Assembly (NCBI GenBank): GCA_037447605.1
Contig: CM074804.1
Coordinates: 5,991,909-6,055,908, forward strand
From: Zygnema circumcarinatum SAG 698-1b
Taxonomy: Eukaryota > Plantae > Zygnematophyceae
Direction: 5' to 3'
Length of the DNA stretch: 64,000 nt
The position numbers were made by a program, and so were the translations under genes. Shown one piece after another: positions 51,301-64,000 of this stretch. Under the pieces are notes generated by a model that worked only from the letters and a program-made list of their open reading frames with translations, had not been told where the DNA came from and searched no databases. Each line of letters starts with the position of its first letter. The stretch's first letter is position 1.

Positions 51301-54300
51301 ATGATGGCAAGGTGCATAATTTCAGTGAAGTCAGCTTGCCGAGAGCTTTGGCAGAAGTGAGGCAAGGTAGCCTTGTGATTCATTGCGACTGGGAAATAAG
51401 CGCGAGAGTATGCGGAGAACCTACATGTATTTTGGGTATGCAGTGATTTCATTTTTGGGCGATTGTGCAGAATGCTTACGACGTTGTATCTACAACGGTT
51501 GTAGTTTGCTTACGTGCATGCTTATGCTTACTTGTGGAAGGAGTGCTGGTTAGGCAATGACTCGTAGTATGCAAGCCTCCACAGCATGTCCAAATGAGTG
51601 GCATGTGGCAGCTGTGATGGAGTACGAGTGCCGGCAGAAAGGAGCTCAGCGAATGGCGTGAGTCTTGTCGGCACTGATGAAGACTTCTCCATGCATCAAA
51701 TAGATGGATTCAATTGTTTCTGCAAGACGAAGTGCAACTTCTCCTTCTCCCTGACATTCTGGTGTATGTCAAATTTCAACCAGGCCCAGGAATTTGTCGC
51801 GTCGCAAAATCGGAAGGCTTACTAGATAAATCATGATTTTGCAGATTTCCTTCTGTCGTAGCAAGTGGAGGCAATGCCTGCACTATCCACTATTCGCGAA
51901 ATGACCAGCAGGTGCGCTGCGACGCCCTCATCCTTATCCGTGTTGGATGGCATCATTGCTGTCACCTTTGAGAAAAGGTGGTTGCAAGCCTGGTAATCCT
52001 CCAACGGAAAATTTCCTCTCTGCTCGTGTTTGCTTTGGGAAGTGGAGAGGGACTGCTCTCGTTTGCCGTGATTGAGTTATCACTGTGTGAATCTGTGTTG
52101 ATGATTCTGGGCTTGCTGCAGGTTTCCAAAGGTGACATGGTGCTAATGGATGCAGGCTGCGAATACTACGGCTATGCAAGTGACATCACCCGTGTCTGGC
52201 CGCCACGTGGCACTTTCTCCCCTGCTCAGGTATGTTCTTTCAGCTGATAAGTATTGCTGGTGGGCATCCTGGTGGTGCATAGCTATGTGGTTGTCGAACC
52301 TTTTGAAAGCTGCCGTTTGCTGGCTGTTATGCTCTGTACTATTTTGGTTGTCGACGAACTATTGGCTCATTCCGGGTGTATGGATGGAAACATGAACCTC
52401 TGCCTACGCATCTTTCGCTTGTCTAGCCGTTAGTGAAACAATGTGTGGTGAACTGAGTCAAAAACTGCATAAAGTGAGTAAACGGAGATGTAGACACTGC
52501 AAAGTGTATGCAATGCTGGTCTTAAAAAGTCCAAAATCAAAACCCTCCTTTTGGGAACATGCATATGTAGCAAGGGTTATTGCTGTGATCGTCCATTTTT
52601 CATGTCATGTGTGTGTGTCTGAGACAATGACGCATTTTTTTGGAATTGTGGTTTGAATAGAGAGAAGTGTACGAGGAAGTACTTGCAGTTTTGAAGGAAT
52701 GCACCGCTCTATGTCAGCCCGGCGTTACGCTGCGCCAGCTCCACAATCACTCGGTAGGACGCGTTCATCCTTTTCAAGCCGGCTTGTGTTAAAGAGCTAA
52801 AAGTGCCTTTCAAGGGCTGTTGGAGGATTGGCAAGGAATAGTCTTTTTCCTTTCAGGAAGGGATTTATTTGTTAAGTTATGCATGTAAAGGAGTTGACAG
52901 TAAAGGAATTGGAACAAATTGCAATAGGGAAAAACGTAAGCGAGAGAGTCAGCTCCACCAAATTCAATGATTCTCCCAACGAACGAGCAATAGGTAGCGA
53001 CCTCGTGGTGGAGTACTGTTTCCTTATTCCTGTGGCTGCCTGGACATAACTCGAGGGCAACAGGAGACGAGAAATGAAGTGGTCCCGAAAGCAGTTGATC
53101 GGAACCATTCCTTGCCCATCATTCTAGGGTCGGTTCTGCTGTCTCCGGAAAACAACAACTGAAGGGTCCAGCTCGGGTCCCGGTTGGATTATTAAAAAGA
53201 GGAAGATGTGGGTCTTACATTTTGTCTAAATGCTGATCAGAGGTTTGCTTTTACAGGTTGTTTTGCTTTCAAAGAGCATTTCGCGCTTAGGACTGGTCGA
53301 CGATTCTCTCAGCCAAATCACTAAGTCCACATATCGCAGATTTTATCCCACATCTGTTGGTGAGTGTTCTTTCCCCGTCAAAAGTTCAGTTTTAAAGTTT
53401 GTGCTTTGGTGGATGCCCTCAAACATGGTTCCTCACTGCTTCAAGGCACAGCATGCATTAGTCGCTTCTCAGTGTGATTGTTACTCATGCTCTAAGACCT
53501 GCAGCGACACTATGCTGCTGACCTGGCACCAGGTCATTGGCTTGGAATGGATACCCACGACTGTTCAACAGTGCCACTTTCACAGCCTCTCAAGCCGGGA
53601 GTGGTGAGGCATCCCTTGCCCCCAATCTGCTGCGAGTTACGCATCCATACTATCGTTGAGCCTGATGTACCTCTACATTTTTTTTCCCCTCACTTTGGCA
53701 ACCGGCTACAAGGCTGTGGCAATAACTTCAGATGCTGAAACTGATTACTTTTGATGGTCCAGATGAAAAGCTAAATGTCATAATCCTTAAGCCTTGTAGT
53801 GGACTCGATATTCTTGATGCTTAACATATGCATGCAGGCGGTCATTCAGACCTTCAAAACTCAGAAATCCTGTGAGGTTTTGTCGGTTACGGAGGTCTAA
53901 TCGCAAGATGATCCTGCTGTGTTGGAGGTAGATCCTGACATTGGAGCCCGGCCTCTATATTCGCCCATCTGAGAGTGTGTCCCAAAGGTGATCTTCCAGA
54001 TATGATTCAAATAGTGAAGTCTTGCAGTCTATTGAGCTGCGACCTTGTTGGATCTCAATGTTTACTTCGACTAGCGAGGCCCTATGTCAACTTTCCCATT
54101 CCTCATCTTTTGCCTCCATGTAAAGATGCGAATCTTTCAGGGTACAAGCCACAACTCTGCTCTCCTCACAGACTTCTGTTCTTGTGAGTTTCAAGTATTT
54201 CTTCACATTACAGTTGAGTGGTTTGCATGGCACAGTAGGCATGCTTCTTATCCTTTCTTAGGGGTACCCCCTCATCTCCAAGCATGACTCAAACGGATTT

Positions 54301-54814
54301 TGACCTATGCTTTCCCCAATCAGCTTATTCATCAGTATGATGCAAAAACCACGGTGAGCATATCACTTAGTCAGTGTCCCGGGGTTTCAGGTATGCTGGA
54401 ATTGGCGTGCGCATTGAAGACGACATACTCATCACAGAAGACGGCTACGAGGTAAAGGGAAGGAAACCTTCTACTCGTTGGAGCCACGATGATATGAGAG
54501 CAGCTGAACTCGTCTGGGATTGCTTATGCACTCCTTTCCATTGAGATATTGGACCAACCGATCGGATGAATGCAATCCTGGAAGGAAGGAAGCGTTGCAG
54601 TTGAAAGTCACTAGTTTGCAATCAACCGATTCAAACATTGCAGATTCATTGAAAGGAATGGAGATTCTCAGGGGAGCTAGGGACTCGGCACCTTCCGACA
54701 GTAAGACTGCAAAGCTGACTTCAAAACTGCTCTTTGGCGCATTTTGGGGGGCAGGTGTTGACGGCGGGAGTTCCAAAGGAGGTCCATGAGATCGAAGCTC
54801 TCCTCCACGGCTAA
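48350..54814 (+). CDS. ICP55: Mitochondrial intermediate cleaving peptidase 55 / Xaa-Pro aminopeptidase 3 (M24B)
   Basis: Presequence-like N-terminus; DAGQPTPWSHPE|LLAPGE, PYPYRQDADYLYLTG, FPSVVASG...IHYSRND, LMDAGCEYYGYASDITRVWP, SVG|HWLGMDTHD, LTLEPGLY, GIGVRIEDD, VLTAGVPKE...*. Confidence 0.92.
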
Positions 54815-55334
54815 TCGTCAGCACAATTTACCTCCCTTGGCCAAATATCGTTTGGTCGTGCATGACATGAAAGAGATGGCTTCCAGAATTGAAGAAATAG
54901 TGACAGTCTTATTATGAGGAGAACGAAATACGGAGACCTTAGAGATAGAGGCCATGGCAGGCGTTTGTCATTGAAATGGGTAGGCAATGCTCAGTCAATA
55001 AGAATAGCTGTAAATGTGCCGTGATGAATAATTGCGGCAGGTTATTTTCCTTATGAACAAACGTTAATGATCAAGCTTGAACTTTATATTCCGGATTCCC
55101 CGATAAGTAATTTCATTCTGTCAACATGTACCTGCTAGAGCAGCGGGCGAGTGAAAGAAAGAGCTTGATGGCGAGCACTTGAGGTGAGGGGACTTCAGAG
55201 AGAGAGATAGAGAGATTGCGGGAAGGTGGCTGATAAAGCGAGTCCAGCTTTGGAGTGGTGTCAAAGAGTGAATGAGGTGTATGGAAAGCCAAAAAGAGCA
55301 CTAGAAGCGCGGAGAGAGGAGAGTGCCCGAGCTG

Positions 55335-55361
55335 CATGCACGCATGCATGCATGCCACGTG
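55335..55361 (+). promoter_or_regulatory. Adjacent RY (CATGCA) repeats and G-box
   Basis: CATGCAcgCATGCATGCATGcCACGTG, about 330 bp upstream of the putative ATG of the next gene. Confidence 0.4.
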
Positions 55362-55688
55362 GTCCTTCAATGGGCCCTTCCAAATGGGGCAGGCAGCCCA
55401 TTGCCGCCATCATCCAGGATGGCCCCGCGCGCACATGCACGGGCCGGCCCGCCTGCGTGCGCAACGATGATGCGATAACAGACTAGTCCGTCCGTCCGTC
55501 CGGCCGCACGGACTAGTCGGTTAGCTGGCTAGTCATGAAGATGGCTAGTCGGCTTTTCGCGCCCTCCGGCTCTCGCGCTTCCCCATGACGTTTGAAACTT
55601 CCGCAGCGCAGAGCAGCGCCTGCTGGGGAGGAGGGGCAGGGCGGGAAGGCCGGCTGGGAAGGAGGCTGAGGCTGAAGGGGGCAGGGAA

Positions 55689-58600
55689 ATGCTGTTGATC
55701 GCAGTTTGCTTAAAAGGAATTCAAGCACTTGCAAGCACAAATTGGTGTTTGAGGGCATCATACGTTGCTCTATTTGAAGGTCAGCCGTACAGACTTTTAC
55801 GATTATTTCGTTTCATTTCAGCGAAATAGCAGCGAATTGTATGGATAGCATCGTCTTGAGGAAGAGATACCGTCAGTGTGTTTTTTTTTCGGAATGTGAT
55901 GACAAAAATAGCCAGTTTAATGTTCGGTCAGAAAAATAGACAGTTAGGACTTAGAAGTTCAGGCGTGATTCACGCACAATGCGGCAAGTTGAACCTTGCC
56001 CAAAAGTGATTGATCCAGCTGCACTGGACTTGGAAAGTCATCCAAAGGTTCCTTCGGTGGAATTGCTTAACTATGCTAATTTAAGTGCAAGTGCAAGTAT
56101 CATCCGCCCATGCACGGTATAGCTCACAATCTCACACAAGAACGCGAACTTTTGGATGAAGAACTTCAAAAAAAAGACTGTGTGAAATTGTGTTTATATA
56201 GCCAGACGCAGCAGGGTGCAGTTTGAAAGTACGCACGGCAGTTGTAACACCATGGAGCTGTGGTGGCGAAAGGTCACCAGTTGTGAACTTTACCAGGCAC
56301 TTTCTTTCAAGTTCGATTCCCTGATTTTCTCTAGGGAACAGACATACTTGCCATATTGAGTACAAGAATTTGCTGGCTGAGACTGATCGAACTCGGAGCT
56401 GGCTTCCTTGTTGCTCTGTCCTTTAAGGTTGATTGATGGAGGAGAGCGGCCCATCTTCCAGGGTTGACCAGGGATCCGTAGTAATAGCCCATCCTTCCAT
56501 GGCCAACGTTCTTGCAGTTCCCCTTGATTTCATTGCCTTCCGGTAACCTCTCTTGCTCCGCCATACACATCCTTGCGTAACTACGTGAATGGTAGTCAAA
56601 GGTATCATGTGTAAGCCAGAATATCATGCAAATGCTCACAAGCTGGTCAGGAGCCCCCCCGGAGCGCAGCAGTGTCCCTTAAGCAAAGCTCAGGGGAATC
56701 GTGCTCGCAGAATGTGAAACTGACCTTGACCGATCAGGTAGAATCAAGTAGTCATTATACTGCCAACTCCTTGTGCCTACCGAACCGCTGATGCCAGCTT
56801 TTGTAAAATTTCAAGTAATAAGAAATGATGAGTTCCGAACCTTGCGCCGCACAAACTACAGTAACGTATTTATCACTACTTAAGGCACTGCTTATAGGAG
56901 CAGATGTTCGCCATTATGTCTTTACACTGCATAGGTTTTGCGTGGACCCATTTGGAAGGACATATGTCATAACATTGGGTATCAATGCTTGCATGGTTAT
57001 GCCTTTGCAGTATACGAAATCGTAAGGAGGCAGAGCTAATTCTTGAGATTGCCTCCTCGGCTCAATTCTTTGACCGCTTGCTTCACTACTACGAGTTGAT
57101 TGCAGGAACCAGCAAGGTTGTGTTTATTAAAGAGCTCTGCACCCAAACTTTGAGTGCAGCTATGAGGACAGCTGCATTGAGAGTAGTCTAACCATAAAAT
57201 GGCCGTCATTCGGAGAAATCTTGCTGCTCAAAACTTCGCTGCAAAAAAAAACTCGACAGATACGGAGATGCATTCTTTCATCTGGGTCATCAACATCCTT
57301 ATTAAGTATGATGATAGCTTGTATGCGTGCTTATGCTAGATTACGCAAGGAAATAGTGTATACTTATCACCAAAGCACCTTTGTCGCTCTCGTCCAAGCT
57401 TCTAATAGTTTTGGCCGTGTTGTGTGCAGCAACTCAAGGAGGCATGGAACCTGCTGTGGCTGGCAGAGGAGCCCCTTGTCATGCCTGCTGTGCCCCTCAT
57501 TGGTAGGCCGACTTTCTCTCAATCTCCCTGAAGCCAGAGCATTGGACTGATAGAGTTATAGCAACGGACTCTGAATTGTGATTTGCATGGGGACTCTTAC
57601 CTGAACACAGGATTCTGTGTGGCGTGTTGGCGTTGACGCATTTTGATGATGTGAGGATAAACAGGGGAGCAGATGTCCTACACGAATAAGGCCAGGGCTG
57701 TTCTCTTGGAGAAAATGGAGTCTGAGCTCCAGATTTTGAAGGCATGTCTCACCGTATCTCATACAACATTGGCTTCGCTTTATTCAATCCTAGTCTGAGT
57801 TGATTTAGCGGGTTCAACATACTATCAGCAGAAAGTCACAATTTTGTCTCTCGTTATCTTTCGGCTTGAAACTGGGATGGTTCTAACGTTTTGTTTTGTT
57901 GATTCTCAATTTGCGAAGGAAATTGTCTTCAATTTCACTGTGCTATATGTTTGGAGAGTTCGATGCACTCATCTAGTCTTTTCTGTTACAGGGGAAAGTG
58001 GGTGGCCTGCTGCAGTTTGCTGAGATGAACACAACCATTGCCGAGGTCAGCATTCTTAGCTTTCAACTGCAAGTCCTTGTTTTTCTTATGCTTTTCTTTA
58101 TTTTTTGGACCGTGGGAGACTTGACGTACGGCTGCTCACAAATTAATCCTGGAAGCTTGTGTAGTTTGGACCATGTCAGCTTGTGCCTTTGGCTTACATA
58201 AAACTGCCGTGCCCGTGATGGCCCATGCTGGTCATGTCGTATAGTGCTCAGTATGAATACGATAATTGATCAAGCCTTGACAAAAAATTATCCTTAGGAA
58301 TCTTGTAACAATATTGGAAACCCATTCACGTGAATATGCTTAAACTGAAGTGAATGAGCTGCTAGATGCGCGTGGCACTTGGTGCTGCAGGAACTGCTAT
58401 CGGAGAGTGTTCACCGGCTATCCAATGATAAATTGATGCTGTAAGCTGCTGCAGCCTAGCATCTCTTTTGATCTACGCCTTGTTTTATTAGAAAGAATGG
58501 TTGCTTCCAAACGACATTAGAGTGCCACCGGTGACATTCGCGGCTGCTTTAGAGCCGTGTTGTTGAGAAAAGAAGCAGGGTTCAGCTCATAGCCTTTTTC

Positions 58601-61600
58601 CTTCGTCCTTAGGTCCCTTGTGACCGGTTCTCTTGGCTTTCTATGTTGTTTTGGTCCATGTACCTTTGATGGCATAGCCATCGTGAGATCAATGCCAATT
58701 CTCCATGAGAGTGCACTGTTGCATTAGATGGAGAAAAGGTAACAGAGCGTGAAACAATATTATTCCCTGTGAAAAAAAAAGCATACTAAAATTTGCAAGG
58801 TCTAAATTCTCTCTCTGTTGTGGCTACCATTAATGCTGTTAGGACCATTGGCTTATCCTTGTGTATCAGAACCAGAGTCTTGTTCATGGCAGCTTGCATT
58901 CGAGTTTGTCACATGCCTGAAATGTATTGGCAATGTTTTTACACGTGAAAATTATAGCTCCATCAATGTACAACGGTAAAGACTGGTTCAGTTATCCTAC
59001 CTAGTCTACTAACCGAAACATATAAACTTTAATCCCTACTGTAGCGAATGATCAATGTAGTCAGTAAGCATGTTGGTCTATCTTGACCCCTATACCTGTT
59101 TGGAAGTTGCCTGCCAGCAAATGCAAATTTATAATGCTGCACCGACGACCTCTGCTCCTCATTTCCTGATGCATTCTTCCTCGTCTTTGTATCCCATTGC
59201 TTGGCAGGGCAGATCTAGAACGTGAGATTGCATCCCGGATCAATGCAGTCTGTCAGGGGTCAGGCCTCGCCAACTTCAGGTAGGCAGTTCCCTTTCCTCA
59301 TGCCGCAATGTTTTCGTTTGATAACCTCTTCTCTTCAATGCTAGTGATGGGCTCAAATGGCCAATGGTCACTGAATGGTTCAGTCCTGGGGGGGGGGGGG
59401 GGGGGNNNNNNNNNNCAGATGGTTCTGTGAATCTGTAACTCTGTAAATCACAGAATCTGAGAATCTGTAACTTTTCATGCATGATTTTCCATGTTTGGTT
59501 CCTTCTTCTTTCGTTCTCGAATTCTGAGTGAATTCTCGTGTCACGCGCAAATCACAGAACTCAAACCCCATTGAATGGATACCGTTGTTATATACTTTTA
59601 CAATGGTATCAACTGCGCTGTCGTCCATTTTCCTTCGACTTTTCGAGCGCCTCTTCTCACTATGCCAAGACCCAGGTAGGTCAGTTGAACGGAATTTCTG
59701 ATAGCGTATGACGCAACTGTTGTCGTGACAGGCCTATCGTCGACATCATCAATGACATAGCGAAGAGTCCACCTGCTCCACCAGCCCAAGGTCCGCCCAA
59801 CGTTCTGTCTCGGCATGTTTTTGCATCTGCATGCATGTGGAGGTGGGTGCTTCCTTGTATGGTCTTGCAATGGACTCGCAGTACATGCAGATAGCAGCAT
59901 GTCTTGGAAATCCTCCCTGCTACTTGACTCACACATTTGATGTTCCATTGCAGCTCTGCGGCAGCCCCCCTCCTCACTCATTCCGTCGCCCTGCCTTGGC
60001 GAGCAGCTGCCCGCTCCAAGTATGTCCCTGAGAGCGACGGAAGCATCCAAAAGGCAACTCACCAACCTTGCGAGAGCCCCTCTATGCAGCTCTATGAGGA
60101 TCGATGCACGCGAGCAGGACAACGTCGCGATCAAGCGGCCGAGGTCAGATTTAGAGCAATCCACAGCGTTCGACACAACACAATTGAGGAATCCATCGTT
60201 CCTTAAGCCAACTTGCACAAATGAGAAGCACTTTGGTGCTGTTCATCCAACTGCAGAACCATGCTCATCAGCGCTTATGGATAGCAAAGAGAGGGAGTTG
60301 GAACTTCAAGGACAAGTCCCTGAACCACAGGTACGAAAGTGATTCTGCTTACACGTGGTTTCCTCACACTCTTAATAATAGCTCATTGCTTATCTTGACA
60401 CAGTGCTGCAGTAGTCATAGTATCAGGCAGGTTTCTGATGTCATCTCACACTTGAACCTATAGTAGCTTATTTTCTGATGCTGAAGAAGATGGTCCTTGT
60501 TTCTCAGCCATCATCCAATAACCCAACAGCGTCCTCTCCATCATCAAACGAGAACACGCCGCCGTGCTTGCCTTCTACCGACAGCCTGAATCTCCCGTTC
60601 CATTCAGTTGACGCCACCCCTTCACCTCCACGCGCGGCAAGAACGCCACTCTCAAAACCATCACCCTCCTCCTCACCCACACCGAGGGCCTTAAACCCCT
60701 CAACCTCAGCATCTGAAGAGCGCCTTCCTGCACAGGAGAGGCTGCCGGCGAGGATAAGCCGTCAGGCGGCCATGGAGCAGAGCTTGGGGGAGGAGCAGCA
60801 GCTACACGAGAGGTCACCTTCCAACAATCCCTTAAACTCGCGAGTCCTCTTTGAAGCTCGTCACAAAAGGCAGGTCCTTTTTGTGGGTGTGCCGGAGCTG
60901 GAGGCAATAAGGAATGGGGTTGAAGGAAACTCGAACCGGAGTGATGTTCAGATACAGAGAGTGGGGCAGAGAGGCTCTACGGGAAATGAAGAAGAACGAG
61001 CTGTATTGAAGTCAGACCCGCCTGCCTGCTGGCCGTACACATCATATGAAGTTGCTGGGGGGGGCCAAGTCAACGAGGATGAGTGCCGCAATTGGAGAAT
61101 AAAGGTTGGAAACGATTTTGCCGAAAGTGCGCTTGGACATATGGCCGATGATGAGGGTGCAATTGCCACGTCTGACCGTAAGGAGTTTGCAGCGGGGGAG
61201 CCGATGAGTGAGCCTCAAAGTAATGGGAGTGGGACCAATACAAGTGGAAGCGGCAGTCGGAATGGAGAGCCCGCAGGGCTCCTTCTCCATTCTAACAATG
61301 CTTCTGGAAGTCATCCAACAGTTGGCAGCAGGGATCATGTGGTGGGTAAGGGGTTTAATGATGACAACAATGGCAATGGCAGTATGTTTGAAGCGATTGA
61401 AAATTATGGCAATCAAGTCACAGAGAATCCCGACGAGATGGCCACAAAAACTCCTACGGACGAATTTGCGGGAGGTGAAGAAGGACCTCGAGCTTCAGAA
61501 GATTTGGATGGAGGCATGAAAGGTGGGCCAAAAGCCTGCTGCAAAAGTGGAGATAACGTGCATTCGAACAAAATCTGTGGGAAAAGGAAACAAAGGTGAG

Positions 61601-63125
61601 TTATTGAGCTTGCCGAGAAGGTTAGTAACGTAATTGCCTGTACGGTATTTGTGTTCTGTTCCACTGAATTCACCTGTTCCATGATTGAACTTAGACGATC
61701 AGGTGCTTGACTCTTCAAAGTTTGATGTAAATCATTCAATCATTGCGAATGTTGCCCAGGAGGGAAGGCGTCAAATTGTCTTGCAGGTGCATCATGCAAA
61801 CTCTGTTGTGGTTGCAGGAAAGCGTACTTCAAACATGTACCTTGTAGCGTCAATTCAGTAGCACTTGTTTCTTATAAACAAGTGTTACACATTGTTAGCT
61901 GGCAGAATTCAGAATGATGAGTTGAGCTGCCAACTGACTCAGTTCTCTGTGGGCTGTGTGGGCTTCTTGTCGTGTGTGGAACTCAAGTGAGTTCTGCGAT
62001 TCACGTCAACAACAAACCGATGCCGCTGGAATGCATGCATGCGAGCAAAAGTCTTCTTATGTTTGTGGAGAATCTCGGGCTGTTCCATCAGATCCTTTAC
62101 AGAATATGCCTGCTACTGCAGCAGCCCGATCTTCAGTAGGCACTATGACTGGTCACTTATTTGGCGGTAGAGTAGGCGGTAGTTTGCAGCATCTTCAGAC
62201 TTGCACAGATTCTTTAGGAGCAGCTGCCTCACCAAGTATCAGTGGCAACGGACAGAACACCGGCAGCCTACAAGTGATCCTCCCCCAGTCAGAAAAATCA
62301 GATAAGGGGCTTGGAATCAAGGACAGAAGTAGGGCCTCCCAAGAGGGCACGCCCGATTCTCCAAGAGCTGAGCTTCCTGCAAATAGCCATCTCCTAGCAG
62401 CCCCTCAGAATGTACGTAGACCATCTGGTGGTCAAACGACGGACGCTGTTGAAGGGAGGTATCTCCTTCCACCTTGTGTCCTTCCGAAGGATCATGGCAG
62501 ACGCAGTGCAGCAGCATGCCCGCCGCTAGAGTTGGGCGCTCCTAGCCCGAGCAAGTCCCTCTCGGATAGTAATGCTGGTGCTGGTGCTGGTGCTGCTAGG
62601 GAGGGTCTGTTGCCTATGACCCCATACAACACTCCAAGAAGTGAGTCCACATCTCTCTCCCGGGAAGTGAAGTTGGCAGGCGCGACGTCTCCGTCAGAAA
62701 CTGCAACTACGCGGCCAAATTCATCAGCCAGTGGGAAGGCGGCAATGGACGGCTCTCACCAGGCCTCTCCGCATGACAAGGAGTCAGCAATGAGCGCTCT
62801 GAGGGGCGTGCCACGGGATGATCGGGAAGGCAATGATGGCCAGCATCTTCATGTCGCTCCTTATTCTCAAGCACTGGAGAGTTCGCCAAGCGGAACTGAA
62901 TTGTTGGATGCAGCGAGTCCGGGGAAAGTTGATCTCGACATGGACGAGCCCTTTTCACGTGAAACCTCTGCTGCTTACACTACAAGTCACAATCCTGTTG
63001 CTGCGCCGGGAGTATCAAAACTCAGCTGGCCACTTATTGATTCGGTCGTTTCGCAGGAGCAGTGTTGTCATATGCATGAACCTGCAAGCCCGTCGAGCGC
63101 GCCACAATCTCAGGCCCTCCATTAG
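55689..63125 (+). CDS. Large multi-exon protein of unknown function; start, stop and several junctions uncertain
   Basis: Small spliceable exons at 55.7-58.4 kb (VPLDFIAFR|GIVLAECETDLDRS|GADVRHYVFTLH|SIRNRKEAELILEIASSAQFFDRLLHYYELIAGTSK, GKVGGLLQFAEMNTTIAE, ELLSESVHRLSNDKLML). These are followed by long S/P/G-rich open exons (ORFs 60022-60342, 60478-61599, 61956-63125). Confidence 0.55.
58657..58697. repeat. Dispersed 41-bp motif, copy C (intronic)
   Basis: CATGTACCTTTGATGGCATAGCCATCGTGAGATCAATGCCA. Confidence 0.85.
59388..59415. other. Poly-G run adjoining a 10-N assembly gap
   Basis: G run at 59388-59405 followed by N at 59406-59415. Confidence 0.95.
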
Positions 63126-64000
63126 CCAAAGGACTTTGTGACTAAAGAAGTTAGCATCGATCAATAAGCTCCCCGTCCTTTTTAAAAGGGAGCATTTGGG
63201 GGGGTTTGACTGAAAGTAGAAGACAAAGAGAGGCCTTGCACCGCAAGTTACATGCTGATATGTACAACTGCAGATCAACGTGATTTCATGTTCAATTGTG
63301 AAGTTGTATTAAAACGAACGAGACTGAAGTTGATGGTCTGACAAAAAAACAGCAGGGTTTGGAGATTCAGTGCCCAAAGCTGCACTCCCCTCGTCGCATG
63401 GCGCTACAGGATGAGATATTGGAGGAATAGCATTACCTCGTAGTTGTCACTGTCACCTCGGGAAGGTGGCCCTATCGCTGAAGTTTGACAGGTTGCACGT
63501 GCTCATTCAAGTTCTTTAAGTTCTTTCGTTTGAACCTGGGTGTGAAGAATGAAGGAGCCGCCACCTCCCCATCACCCGCTCCAGGAGTACCGCTGAGTTA
63601 AAAATGCAACCAGGGGGAGCCTTTCAATGAATGTGGTCATTCGTTGTATGGACAAGGAGGACATTGTCTTTGACTTTCAAGGACAACCAGAAACCATCAA
63701 TAGGGGGGTATCAAACTTCGTCAAAATTTGACGAACTCTTAATTTTTTTTTCTCTCAAACTGTTCGGTTTTACGGTAATGTGAGGTTGCCGGGTTGCCAA
63801 CTCACAGGACTTCTACGGAAGGACACCGTACGGTTTCGTACACACAAAATCGGGTCGTACAGTTGTCCTGATGCAGATCGATCGCGAACTAACGATGCAG
63901 TTATCGCAGGTGTGACTGGCGGCCCAGATGCCGCGAATGGCGTGAACGTAGTTTGGTCATTTCCCTCCTCAGTGCCGTCACACGTGCGAGAGGCCGGCCC

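Noticed and set aside
59388-59415. Long G run as a G-quadruplex
   Set aside because: It abuts an N gap and is probably a sequencing or assembly artefact of uncertain length.

Overview
This is eukaryotic, intron-rich (GT-AG) nuclear DNA from a plant-lineage organism. The gene families suggest a streptophyte green alga, but that is inference. The window is gene-dense, and I reconstructed about 11 multi-exon genes by hand from splice sites and reading phase. In order: the 5' end of a probable RRN3 (-); an LRR-VIII-1/HPCA1-type receptor kinase (-); an F-box protein with ~27 NLR-type LRRs in one exon and a C-terminal CaaX box, CVVM* (-); an At1g50020-like plastid protein (-); an At5g61530-like RhoGAP with a duplicated 150-nt exon (+); PIG-A (+); ORG1/FBN11 kinase-fibrillin (-); a small mL60/MRPL31-like gene (-); a DHHC S-acyltransferase (+); ICP55/Xaa-Pro aminopeptidase (+); and a large unidentified gene (+). 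Non-coding features include two related TIR MITEs in promoters, a 41-44 bp self-complementary motif present three times across 57 kb, G-box/RY promoter modules and simple repeats. No rRNA, complete tRNA or CRISPR array was found. All family assignments come from motif recognition and recalled homolog sequences, not database searches. Exon boundaries are manual.
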